Shown here one piece after another: positions 1 to 8,032 of a DNA stretch of 64,000 bases. The notes beneath the pieces were generated by a model that worked only from the letters and a program-made list of their open reading frames with translations, was not told the origin of the DNA and made no database searches. The first letter of the stretch is position 1, and the number at the start of each line of letters is the position of its first letter. This stretch comes from a virus: positions 1-64,000 of IMG/VR virus record IMGVR_UViG_3300008108_000033; one strand, written 5' to 3'. A program made the position numbers and the translations under genes.

Positions 1-214
1 AGTTTTTAACTACAAAGTCTTTATAAGCAGAAGCGTCTTTAGCTTGTCCTAGGTATTTGTTGAATCTAGGATCTTTTAGTGATGCCAATAAAACTCTTGA
101 CTTGCCCATGGATGAAGGGTCATTGGCGGCGTCTTCTAGATCTTTCGCGGCTCTCAAGACTTCGTCTTTAGAGACTTCTGACAAGAAGTAATTTTTAAAT
201 GAAAGTTTATCCAT
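1..214 (-). CDS. Hypothetical protein, partial (runs off window start); CTS-like N-terminus MDKLSFKNYFLSE
   Basis: Hand-translated open frame from ATG 214 to the edge; ATAAATA box and purine-rich leader upstream. Confidence 0.7.
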   Translation of the reverse strand, partial: MDKLSFKNYFLSEVSKDEVLRAAKDLEDAANDPSSMGKSRVLLASLKDPRFNKYLGQAKDASAYKDFVVKN

Positions 215-236
215 GTAATTCTCTCTGGAATATTTA

Positions 237-500
237 TCAGTTTTCTTCTACTTTTTTGAGCAATGTGTAGTAATTTGGTTTTTCTCTCAGGTGTGCAACC
301 GCTATTTTAAGAGCATCTGACTTGCGCTTTACAACATCGGTATCTTTATCTTTGTCATGTTCAGTTTCAACGTTAACGCCTTTTACCAGCTGATGTTTTT
401 TGAATTTAGAAATATCAATTCCTGTATCTTTGGCCATTTTCAATACATCTTGAAAATCCAATTTTGATTCTTTTAAAAGCCAGTCGGTGAAAGAAAGCAT
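237..500 (-). CDS. DUF5661-like protein, putative internal head protein
   Basis: GVNVETEH...KIAVAHLREKPNYYTLL resembles DUF5661; N-terminus MLSFTDWLLKE. Confidence 0.7.
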   Translation of the reverse strand: MLSFTDWLLKESKLDFQDVLKMAKDTGIDISKFKKHQLVKGVNVETEHDKDKDTDVVKRKSDALKIAVAHLREKPNYYTLLKKVEEN

Positions 501-504
501 GAAT

Positions 505-516
505 TATTTATAAATA
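505..516. promoter_or_regulatory. Palindromic bidirectional T4-like late promoter (TATTTATAAATA)
   Basis: TATAAATA on both strands, each 4 nt before an ATG (500- and 521+). Confidence 0.7.
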
Positions 517-520
517 TGAT

Positions 521-919
521 ATGGAATTCTTGCAATGGTTTTTTGAAAACGATGAAATGCCCGTAGACCTTCCTGCGGAACTGCAAGAGTTCGTTTATGA
601 AATGGCTCCTTATGGCCATGCTATAAGGTTTAGTTTTCCTGCGAATAAGAAACGAGCGCCGGGACAATTTGTAATGACTGGCAAGGATATAGTGCAGTTA
701 TTACAGAAGTTTTATAATGATGCCAAGGCAGTTTTGAGGAATCCGCGCTTGGACGTTCAATACAGAGAACAGCTTTACGATTACATAAAGCATTATCAAG
801 AAATGTTTAACGATTTCTTTTCTGACAGGTTGAATTTGGAAAAGTCATTTGTGGTACACACCAGTCCGCCGGGAAGTAGATTTGCCGAGCAATCAAATAA
901 GATGTCTCCAATTACTTGA
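521..919 (+). CDS. Hypothetical protein, CTS-like N-terminus MEFLQWFFE
   Basis: 132-aa ORF directly after TATAAATA. Confidence 0.75.
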   Translation: MEFLQWFFENDEMPVDLPAELQEFVYEMAPYGHAIRFSFPANKKRAPGQFVMTGKDIVQLLQKFYNDAKAVLRNPRLDVQYREQLYDYIKHYQEMFNDFFSDRLNLEKSFVVHTSPPGSRFAEQSNKMSPIT

Positions 920-1141
920 TTTCTTTTTTAAAGTTAAGATTCCGCAGCAAGTAGTATTATTGAATGCAGTTGAGAAAACTGATCGACGGCGCGTTACAAA
1001 CATAGATGACCAGCTAGTTGGGCTCATCATAGGAGTGTTATTGATAAATGGGGCATTGAATATTCCTCTGATTCCCAAAGAAAAGCTTTGGGAATTTTTG
1101 AAAAGTCTCACGTCGCTGAATGTGCTTGTTCTAATAATCAT
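893..1141 (-). CDS. Small basic Ser/Thr-rich hypothetical protein
   Basis: Perfect SD AGGAGG 5 nt before ATG and a sigma70-like promoter upstream. Confidence 0.55.
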   Translation of the reverse strand: MIIRTSTFSDVRLFKNSQSFSLGIRGIFNAPFINNTPMMSPTSWSSMFVTRRRSVFSTAFNNTTCCGILTLKKKSSNWRHLI

Positions 1142-1156
1142 TTTTGCCTCCTAGCT

Positions 1157-1184
1157 ACTTTAGGATGCAATTTTATCTGGTCAA
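1157..1184 (-). promoter_or_regulatory. Sigma70-like (early) promoter TTGACC-N16-TAAAGT
   Basis: Consensus match immediately upstream of AGGAGG/ATG 1141. Confidence 0.45.
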
Positions 1185-1185
1185 G

Positions 1186-1473
1186 TTAAACTCTGCCAGC
1201 ATCTTCGATTCTTTTTATTATTTTAGCAGGCTTAGCAGGTTTAAGGGGAGGGAGGCCCGGTTTAAGTTTTTGTTCTGGCTCATCGTGTACAGGAACCGAA
1301 GAGAACATTTGATCAAGCATGCCTTTTTTTGCTAATTCAGCAGTTCCTAGTGCTCCCGCGCCAGCTAGTGATGCGCCAATTGTTAGAGGGAACTTTCTGA
1401 CAATCATTTTGGTTTTATCCAAGATATTTTCATTTTTTTGCTGAATGAAATCTTTAAACTTGTAGCTTTTCAT
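1186..1473 (-). CDS. Hypothetical protein, CTS-like N-terminus MKSYKFKDFIQQKNE
   Basis: Start moved from TTG 1494 to ATG 1473, which lies 5 nt after TATATA (1479-1484). Confidence 0.7.
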   Translation of the reverse strand: MKSYKFKDFIQQKNENILDKTKMIVRKFPLTIGASLAGAGALGTAELAKKGMLDQMFSSVPVHDEPEQKLKPGLPPLKPAKPAKIIKRIEDAGRV

Positions 1474-1533
1474 AAAATTATATATTGTTTGCAAGTTTAT
1501 ATATTTCGTGCGTAATAGTAATGGAGGTGAATC

Positions 1534-2292
1534 ATGGCAAGATTTTTAATATTATTAGTTTGTTTAGTTGGCGTAACTGGGGCATTTGGTCAATTCAGGC
1601 CTTACATGCCTCCAAGGCCTCCGGTGCCGCCCGCGACGGTAATTCCTGTAACGCCTAATGGACAAAATGGCTTTAATGGAATGCAAGGGGGCATTAATGG
1701 TGGTATGATGGGAATAAGTGGTGGCATGACGGGCATGGGAGGAATTCAAGGTGGCAATTTTGGTATGTCTGGTGGGAATATGGGGTTTGGTGGATTTATG
1801 GGCCAGCTTGGCGGAATGGCAGGAGGAATGTCTGGGATGGGCATGGGTGGCTTTGGGATGGGCGGTATGGGTCTCGGTGGCGGCATGGGTGGTATTTCTG
1901 GTGGCATGTCTGGTGGCATGATGGGCGGATCAAATAATAATCCATACGGAGCTTACACTCCCGGCACTATAGTGAGGCCTACTGGGCAAAGCGGTCCTTA
2001 CAGCGTAATTCCTATTCAAGGTGGTTACATGTTGGGGATGGGCGGCGGCAGCATGTCTGGAATGGGGATGGGTGGCATGATTGGCATGGGCGGATTTGGA
2101 GGCGGTCAATTTGGATTTAGTGGAGGACAGTTAGGTGGTAACAATATTGGTAATGGTGGTTTTGGTGGCAACTTTGGCAATTTTGGCGCTATGGGTGGGG
2201 GACAGTTCGGCGGGGGATTAGGTGGACAGTTAGGATTCGGTGGTGGTTTTGGCGGAGGAAAGATGGGATTTAATGGTGGATCTGGCATTTGA
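1534..2292 (+). CDS. Signal-peptide-bearing Gly/Met/Phe-rich low-complexity protein
   Basis: SD GGAGG; MARFLILLVCLVGVTGAFG signal-like; GGM/GGF/GGQ repeats. Confidence 0.8.
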   Translation: MARFLILLVCLVGVTGAFGQFRPYMPPRPPVPPATVIPVTPNGQNGFNGMQGGINGGMMGISGGMTGMGGIQGGNFGMSGGNMGFGGFMGQLGGMAGGMSGMGMGGFGMGGMGLGGGMGGISGGMSGGMMGGSNNNPYGAYTPGTIVRPTGQSGPYSVIPIQGGYMLGMGGGSMSGMGMGGMIGMGGFGGGQFGFSGGQLGGNNIGNGGFGGNFGNFGAMGGGQFGGGLGGQLGFGGGFGGGKMGFNGGSGI

Positions 2293-2302
2293 AAATTTAT
2301 TC

Positions 2303-2330
2303 TTGACTTTTTGAACCCCTGTCCTACTGT
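2303..2330 (+). promoter_or_regulatory. Sigma70-like (early) promoter TTGACT-N16-TACTGT
   Basis: Consensus match upstream of the small membrane-protein cluster. Confidence 0.45.
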
Positions 2331-2354
2331 TGATAGCAAGAAGTGGGGGTCATT

Positions 2355-2633
2355 ATGTTTTCAGACACTTTGTCGTCGGCAATTTATATTGTGGGCATAA
2401 CTGTATGCTCACTAATGTTTTTATTTGGGATTTTATTCATAATTGGCGTATCAATGGATTTGTATGCCCGTTATGTTACAAATCCTAGGATAGAGCGACG
2501 TAGGAGAAGAAATATTGAGCGACTTGGAGGCAGATCTTTCGAGGAATCATTCGAGCGCCTGAAAAACCATCATGAAAATATTGACACGGATGACAATGCG
2601 CAGAAGTTAGGTCTCAAAGTTTACACTGATTGA
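2355..2633 (+). CDS. Small single-pass membrane protein, C-terminal LGLKVYTD
   Basis: N-terminal hydrophobic helix; GGGGG before ATG 2355 (alternative GTG 2343). Confidence 0.75.
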   Translation: MFSDTLSSAIYIVGITVCSLMFLFGILFIIGVSMDLYARYVTNPRIERRRRRNIERLGGRSFEESFERLKNHHENIDTDDNAQKLGLKVYTD

Positions 2634-2643
2634 GGGAATTAAC

Positions 2644-2958
2644 ATGATTTTTGCAATCGCGTCATGGATTTATTGGGCTATTATAATGCTGGCCACATGC
2701 ATTATGGCGGTAATCTTATTGGTCATAGCAGTTGCTGTTGTGGTCGGGGTTCCTGCAGGAATGTATTACCACTTTGTTGAAAAGCCTAAAACGGACGCAA
2801 TGTGGGCTAGGTTAGACAAAGCTATTGCAGAGAGAGACCCAGACGCGGATTATTCAGCAGAAGGTATGATTGCAAGAATAAAGGCTGCTGGTGAAGGGTC
2901 TGGTGTGACAGTTCAGGAAAGAGCTGAGGAACTTGGTTTAAAAGTGAGGTGGGAGTGA
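2644..2958 (+). CDS. Small membrane protein, C-terminal LGLKVRWE
   Basis: Long N-terminal hydrophobic segment; SD GAGG. Confidence 0.8.
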   Translation: MIFAIASWIYWAIIMLATCIMAVILLVIAVAVVVGVPAGMYYHFVEKPKTDAMWARLDKAIAERDPDADYSAEGMIARIKAAGEGSGVTVQERAEELGLKVRWE

Positions 2959-2960
2959 AC

Positions 2961-3140
2961 ATGGAAGCCATAGTTTATGTGGAATACGCACCGCTTAATA
3001 GCTATTTGGTAATTTTTACCCTCAAGGGAAAAAGAACTGAGGAGGTTGTGCGTGCGAATTCTGTCAGTCAGGCCAAAGAGATAATTATCAGTCGGTACAA
3101 AGGGTCCGTCGTTAAAATTATCAGTGTGAGCAAGGAGTAA
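2961..3140 (+). CDS. Hypothetical protein
   Basis: ATG 2961 after GGGAG; in operon. Confidence 0.6.
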   Translation: MEAIVYVEYAPLNSYLVIFTLKGKRTEEVVRANSVSQAKEIIISRYKGSVVKIISVSKE

Positions 3141-3146
3141 TTTGCG

Positions 3147-3410
3147 ATGGAAGCTTTTGTTGTATTCGTATGGAATTGTGCTTTGTTCACTGGAGCGATT
3201 TTATTCATAGCTTTTGTAATATTTTGTGTTTCGGCAATGGTTTCAGGATTTATGATGAAGCCAGATGTCAAAATAGGACGGGTTGATTCTACAGCTAAAG
3301 CAGTTACGTCCGAAGAAGTGACGGTCACAAAAAGAAAGAGGGCGAAAGAATTCGCCCCCATTCGTAAACTTAATGAAAATCAGGCCGGTCTGAAAATATT
3401 CAGTAATTAG
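3147..3410 (+). CDS. Small membrane protein, C-terminal AGLKIFSN
   Basis: N-terminal hydrophobic segment; SD AAGGAG. Confidence 0.75.
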   Translation: MEAFVVFVWNCALFTGAILFIAFVIFCVSAMVSGFMMKPDVKIGRVDSTAKAVTSEEVTVTKRKRAKEFAPIRKLNENQAGLKIFSN

Positions 3411-4108
3411 ATTCCGCCAGCGTCCTTGATTCGGCCCATCATTTTAGGTGCCATGCCGTATATCCCTTTATCCATAGCTCCAGCTGGCGACTCTAGTCCG
3501 GGCAATCTTCCTCCATATACAGGGGTGGATTTTGCCTGTGCTTTGCCATATTTCATCTGCGCTCCCAAATTGGCGCTAACAGATTGTAGAATTCTTGCTA
3601 TTTCCTTGTCTTCCTCTTGTGTCTGCACAAGCATGTCTTTCATTTCTTTGCCAACTTTATTCAGATGGCCCATTTTATTGTTTAGATATTTACTTACGGC
3701 CCTATTGATTGTAGAAATTGCCGACATGTCTTGTGGATCCATCATAGACTTTCCACCAATTTCAAGATTCTTCATAGCTTCTTCTAATTTTTGTCTTTCG
3801 ACCTTAACTTCTGCGACGGCTTCCTTTGTATTTTTATAGCCATCAACCATAGATTGCCTTACGGCTGTTGTTACATTTTTCATTTTAGATTCAAGATTTG
3901 CTACAATACTGGCTATTTTTGAACGTGTAGCTCGAATGTCGAAATCTCTTTTTACGTCTTTTCCTTTTTGTTTAAGTCCTTGCCATGCGTCACTAGCAAG
4001 TCCTCCTGCAGTTTGAAATCCAGCTTTTATCTGGTCCCAAATGCCTTCATCGAGTGTTTCGTTTTCAGAACGAGCTTCAACGTAGTCATTAAATGATATA
4101 CGATTCAT
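3407..4108 (-). CDS. Helical coiled-coil hypothetical protein, CTS-like N-terminus MNRISFNDYVE
   Basis: 233-aa ORF; SD GGAG; TATATA upstream. Confidence 0.8.
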   Translation of the reverse strand: MNRISFNDYVEARSENETLDEGIWDQIKAGFQTAGGLASDAWQGLKQKGKDVKRDFDIRATRSKIASIVANLESKMKNVTTAVRQSMVDGYKNTKEAVAEVKVERQKLEEAMKNLEIGGKSMMDPQDMSAISTINRAVSKYLNNKMGHLNKVGKEMKDMLVQTQEEDKEIARILQSVSANLGAQMKYGKAQAKSTPVYGGRLPGLESPAGAMDKGIYGMAPKMMGRIKDAGGI

Positions 4109-4204
4109 ATCTTTTCTCCGGAAAGTATAAAACTATATATGAAACATTTTTTTAAAATTTGAATTCTTATGCGTATTATATTTTTTTAAGCACTGGAGAA
4201 AGAA

Positions 4205-4612
4205 ATGGAAAAGTTTCACAAGCACTTGATTTTGAATGCGGTAGTTAAAAACCCAATTATGACTGAAGAAGATTGTAATTGTTGGCTAGCCGAGTTGGTA
4301 AACGTTATCGACATGGATATTTTGATACCCCCGCATTCCAAGTATTGTGATATTGAAGGCAACGAAGGTGTGACTGGAACGTGCGTGATTACCACAAGTC
4401 ATGTGAGCATTCATATTTGGTCTAATGTTGAGAAGCCATACATCCGAATGGATGTTTATAGCTGCAAGGATTTTGACGTGCAGAAGGTAATGGATTACGT
4501 CAACGATACTATGGGTGTAGAAGAGGAAGGTCACATAGTGATAGACAGGAACAAGATCGGACCTAAACTTGTTTGCTGTTCTGATCATAAATGTCAGGCA
4601 GCAGGGGTTTAA
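4205..4612 (+). CDS. speD: S-adenosylmethionine decarboxylase-family pyruvoyl proenzyme
   Basis: HLILNA...GVTGTCVITTSHVSIHIW...RMDVYSCKDFD matches class 1b SpeD. Confidence 0.85.
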   Translation: MEKFHKHLILNAVVKNPIMTEEDCNCWLAELVNVIDMDILIPPHSKYCDIEGNEGVTGTCVITTSHVSIHIWSNVEKPYIRMDVYSCKDFDVQKVMDYVNDTMGVEEEGHIVIDRNKIGPKLVCCSDHKCQAAGV

Positions 4613-5084
4613 TTTTCTTTAAAATTTCCCTAACTTTTGCGTTATCGATGTCTTGGTCTGCAAGAGAAGTTATGTAAAAATATATTGTCGAAACGGCCTT
4701 TAGAGCGCCAAGTATTATTGCTTGTTTGCTGGCTGGCATAGATGATATTACTGGCATTATTGTTGGGAATAGCATTAGAGGATTTGCCAAAGTTAGTTTG
4801 CTGCTTTTTGCTACAGATTTGGCAAGTTTAGCCCAATATTTAGATTTTTTAGGATGTCTGAGTACATCTTTCAGATCGTAAGCAACTTCGATATTAGATT
4901 TTAAAGTTGGTTTAACCATTAAAATCATTTTGCTCGCGCCGATAAGGAAATCTGCTAATTTAACAATTTTCTTGTAATCGGCAACGTCTGATACGGCATC
5001 AAGCGGGGAAGGCCCTTCCAAATCTTGACCTATATGATACGCATAATCAGCGTATGATTCTATAAAATGCTTAAACCCTTGCAT
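4563..5084 (-). CDS. Hypothetical protein, CTS-like N-terminus MQGFKHFIE
   Basis: 173-aa ORF; TATATA (5089-5094) 4 nt before ATG. Confidence 0.75.
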   Translation of the reverse strand: MQGFKHFIESYADYAYHIGQDLEGPSPLDAVSDVADYKKIVKLADFLIGASKMILMVKPTLKSNIEVAYDLKDVLRHPKKSKYWAKLAKSVAKSSKLTLANPLMLFPTIMPVISSMPASKQAIILGALKAVSTIYFYITSLADQDIDNAKVREILKKIKPLLPDIYDQNSKQV

Positions 5085-5099
5085 GAAATATATAGAAAT

Positions 5100-5381
5100 C
5101 TATTCCCAGAATTCTTGGCCGTCTTTCCAGTAGTGTAAAACTAATCTTCCGCTAATTGAGGGGTATTGTTTTTCTATTTTTATTTTGCCATCATGAATTT
5201 CTTGGTGGCATTTTCGGCAAACTACAACTGTGTTTAAGTCTGTGTATGTGCCGCCGTTCTCACCTTCCAATATACGATGAACATCTAGGAATTCATAGAC
5301 ATTGCAGGGGCAAAACTTACATTTACCTGCCAGATGCTTTTTGCATTTCTTATTGATTAATTTTTTAATTCTTTTCGGCAT
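5100..5381 (-). CDS. HNH endonuclease
   Basis: CKFC...LDVHRI..GGTYTDLNTVVVCRKCHQEIH. Confidence 0.85.
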   Translation of the reverse strand: MPKRIKKLINKKCKKHLAGKCKFCPCNVYEFLDVHRILEGENGGTYTDLNTVVVCRKCHQEIHDGKIKIEKQYPSISGRLVLHYWKDGQEFWE

Positions 5382-6052
5382 ATGTTAAAGTTGCTAGCAA
5401 ATTCTTCTACATTATTATAGAAGTGAAAAAAGCTTTCATATGGATAAAACTTGAAAAAAATCTCAGGTGCTGATAGTTTTGTAGTTTCAACTATTCCTAT
5501 TTTTTTTCTTGTTTTGTATTTTTCTGCAACCGATGATAGCAAACTATAATCGAATCCCAAATAACCTATGGCATTCTGCAGTATGCCTATTTTTTCGGTA
5601 ATTGTGTGTTTTGCTTTATCTACGAGAGAGTTTTTAATAGATTTTTTGAAAGATGCTTGATTGTATAGTAAAAAATCGTTTTCTATTGCGCATTTTTCAA
5701 GTGAATTTATGTGGTTATCTCCGTAGTATTCGTCAACGTAAATATACTTTTTGTCCTTAAATTTATCTGGTGCCTCAAAAGTCTGCAAAGAAAGCTTGCA
5801 CTTTGTATATGGCATGCTATATTTTTTGATATGTGCCATTAAGGAATTTTTGTTTACAAGGTTTTCTGTTATGTCGGACTTTTCTATAATTTCTATGTTT
5901 TGAAAAAGCGGAATGTTGAGTTTCAAGTTCACTAGGTCTGCGGTGATAGATGGATCGCAATAAAGCTTCAACTTGTCAAATTCTTGCTTTGAGCAATAGG
6001 CTTGCATGAGAATGAAAAAATTCATATTTTTGCATGTTAGGGTGCGAATCAT
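5357..6052 (-). CDS. Hypothetical protein
   Basis: 231-aa ORF overlapping the HNH start. Confidence 0.7.
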   Translation of the reverse strand: MIRTLTCKNMNFFILMQAYCSKQEFDKLKLYCDPSITADLVNLKLNIPLFQNIEIIEKSDITENLVNKNSLMAHIKKYSMPYTKCKLSLQTFEAPDKFKDKKYIYVDEYYGDNHINSLEKCAIENDFLLYNQASFKKSIKNSLVDKAKHTITEKIGILQNAIGYLGFDYSLLSSVAEKYKTRKKIGIVETTKLSAPEIFFKFYPYESFFHFYNNVEEFASNFNICRKELKN

Positions 6053-6087
6053 AAAAGCCTTTTTGAAAGTTAATAATATATATTGAT

Positions 6088-6780
6088 ATGTATATCGAGA
6101 AATTGAAATTCGGCAAATGGTTAGCCGAGTTTAACTTGGGAACACTTGAAACTGAGCTTGTAGATAGCAAGCCGATTGAGTCCTTATATGCTAAAGCTAA
6201 AAATGCAGTGGATTTGGTCAGAAAATACGATCAAGCAGAGGGTGAGCATAATTGGTTGAAAAAGCGAGTTGGGTGGCAAGGGCCAAGAAATGATTTTGGT
6301 TACTTGTTAAACATAAGCACAATAGCACCTCTGGCTGGCACAATATACGGACTTTTTAATAGCAAAGAAAATCAAAGAGTACTCGACAGAGATGTTCGCA
6401 AGTATCCTGTAACATTCAAATCTAATAGGCCTTTGACTGGAGAAGAGAAGCATCAGGAAGATGTTTTAAAAAACATAGCATTTAATGTTATGAAAAAGCA
6501 ATATCCAGATATAGACCCTAATAAAATACATGATAGTGCAGTTATCCACGTAAATGTTCCTCATATAATCAACACTATGAAACAGCGCGGACTAACAGGA
6601 GAGGAACTTGAACGGGCTATAATAAAAGAAATAGCAAGCACTATAGTTCATGAATCTACACATCAACTTGAAAGAACATGGATGGGTACAACCGACGAGA
6701 GTGGTCCGAGAGAAGCTGAAAAGCGCTTCTTGAATTGGCTAGAAAGAAACCCTGCTTTAATCATGGCGGCGGCGAAATGA
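6088..6780 (+). CDS. Putative zinc metallopeptidase (HExxH) with CTS-like N-terminus
   Basis: TIVHESTHQLE plus downstream Glu; KFGKWLAE; TATATA 5 nt before ATG. Confidence 0.65.
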   Translation: MYIEKLKFGKWLAEFNLGTLETELVDSKPIESLYAKAKNAVDLVRKYDQAEGEHNWLKKRVGWQGPRNDFGYLLNISTIAPLAGTIYGLFNSKENQRVLDRDVRKYPVTFKSNRPLTGEEKHQEDVLKNIAFNVMKKQYPDIDPNKIHDSAVIHVNVPHIINTMKQRGLTGEELERAIIKEIASTIVHESTHQLERTWMGTTDESGPREAEKRFLNWLERNPALIMAAAK

Positions 6781-7058
6781 CACTCGGCGACTTATGCGAA
6801 GTGAAAGTTAATTTTCCCGACGCTGATTTCTGGATTCAGCGAAGAGGTACTCCAGAAAATGTTGGTAAGGTCAGTATGGACTTTGACAAAGAAAAAATAG
6901 GAATCAAGGTAAAGGACCCGACTGTTCTGATGCCAAGATACTTATATTATGTCATGATGAACCTGTATAACAAAGGATTTTATAGAGATAAGATGCAAGG
7001 CGCAACTGCTTTGCAGCATATTAAAAGTTCGGACATTAGAAACATACCTGTTGGATAG
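6777..7058 (+). CDS. Small protein resembling one type I R-M specificity (HsdS TRD-like) domain
   Basis: MTLGDLCEV...PRYLYY...GATALQHIKSSDIRNIPV; ATGA coupling at 6777. Confidence 0.5.
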   Translation: MTLGDLCEVKVNFPDADFWIQRRGTPENVGKVSMDFDKEKIGIKVKDPTVLMPRYLYYVMMNLYNKGFYRDKMQGATALQHIKSSDIRNIPVG

Positions 7059-7066
7059 GAGAAAAA

Positions 7067-7627
7067 ATGGAAGAAGAATTATTGGGATATTACGAAAGTC
7101 AAGAGGGTTCGCGCCCCATGAATCTAATTACAGAAAATGTAGTTTTGTCTGAGAATCTTCAATATCACATGGAAAATCAGATGAGTCTATCTAATTCTGT
7201 ATTTAGGCTTGGTTCTGATGCATGGTGCGAATTAGTTAATGAGATGAGAGGCCTTTGGGAAAAGGGCATGCTTCAGGTGAATGAGAATGACGAGTTTATT
7301 CTTATGACTGAAGCTGGGCGCACTGGTGTTTATCAGGGAAAGACTGTAAAGCTAGATAGCCCTAAAAGACAAACTGGCGGCAGAAAGAAATTCGTGGTAT
7401 TTGTTAATAGTGGCCGCAAGAATGCAGACGGTCGCGTTGTTGCAAAGAAGATTCAGTGGGGAGATCCTAAACTTAGCGTTAAAAATAAAGACCCGAAGAG
7501 AGCTAAAAGTTTTAGGGCACGTCATAAATGTGCGCAGGCACATGACAGAATGACACCAAAATGGTGGGCCTGCAATGTTGGCCGTTATGCCAAGCAGCTT
7601 GGTCTTAGTTCTAGTGCATCTTGGTAA
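7067..7627 (+). CDS. Conserved phage protein with basic C-terminal domain
   Basis: WGDP...KSFRARHKC...WWAC motif; SD AGGAG. Confidence 0.75.
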   Translation: MEEELLGYYESQEGSRPMNLITENVVLSENLQYHMENQMSLSNSVFRLGSDAWCELVNEMRGLWEKGMLQVNENDEFILMTEAGRTGVYQGKTVKLDSPKRQTGGRKKFVVFVNSGRKNADGRVVAKKIQWGDPKLSVKNKDPKRAKSFRARHKCAQAHDRMTPKWWACNVGRYAKQLGLSSSASW

Positions 7628-7638
7628 GGGGGATAAAT

Positions 7639-7767
7639 ATGTTTGATAATTTAGTTTTCTTTTTGGCTGGTTTAGTAGTTGGCTGGAACGTATTGCCTCA
7701 GCCACAGTGGGTAAAAGCCATGTATGATTTTGTTGTTTACAAAATCAAAAGTTGGGCTGCTCCTTAA
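7639..7767 (+). CDS. 42-aa membrane peptide (not in ORF track)
   Basis: MFDNLVFFLAGLVVGWNVLPQPQWVKAMYDFVVYKIKSWAAP; SD AAGGGGG; fills the gap between neighbours. Confidence 0.7.
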   Translation: MFDNLVFFLAGLVVGWNVLPQPQWVKAMYDFVVYKIKSWAAP

Positions 7768-7768
7768 A

Positions 7769-8032
7769 ATGGATAAGCCTTACGTCGAGACTGGCAATGG
7801 TAATGTTGTAGTAAGGGAGTTTAGCCCGGATGTGCCCTTTGAAGACTTAAAGTGGCACAGAGACTACGAAGATAGGAAAGTTCGTGTTTTAGAGCCGAAT
7901 GATTGGCAATATCAAGAAGACAACAAACTCCCTGTGCCTCTGGTCGGGGAGTTATTCATTCCCAGAGGTCTTTGGCATAGAGTTATAAAAGGAACTACCA
8001 AATTAAAAGTTGAGATTACAAAAATTATTTAA
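7769..8032 (+). CDS. Cupin-fold protein
   Basis: WHRDYEDR...FIPRGLWHRVIKG; start MDKPY at 7769. Confidence 0.7.
   Translation: MDKPYVETGNGNVVVREFSPDVPFEDLKWHRDYEDRKVRVLEPNDWQYQEDNKLPVPLVGELFIPRGLWHRVIKGTTKLKVEITKII

Noticed and set aside
849-1154. 101-aa + strand ORF
   Set aside because: No RBS, 71-nt overlap with the previous gene; the antisense ORF has a promoter and perfect SD
2106-2339. Pro-rich minus-strand ORF
   Set aside because: Antisense shadow of the Gly codons of 1534..2292
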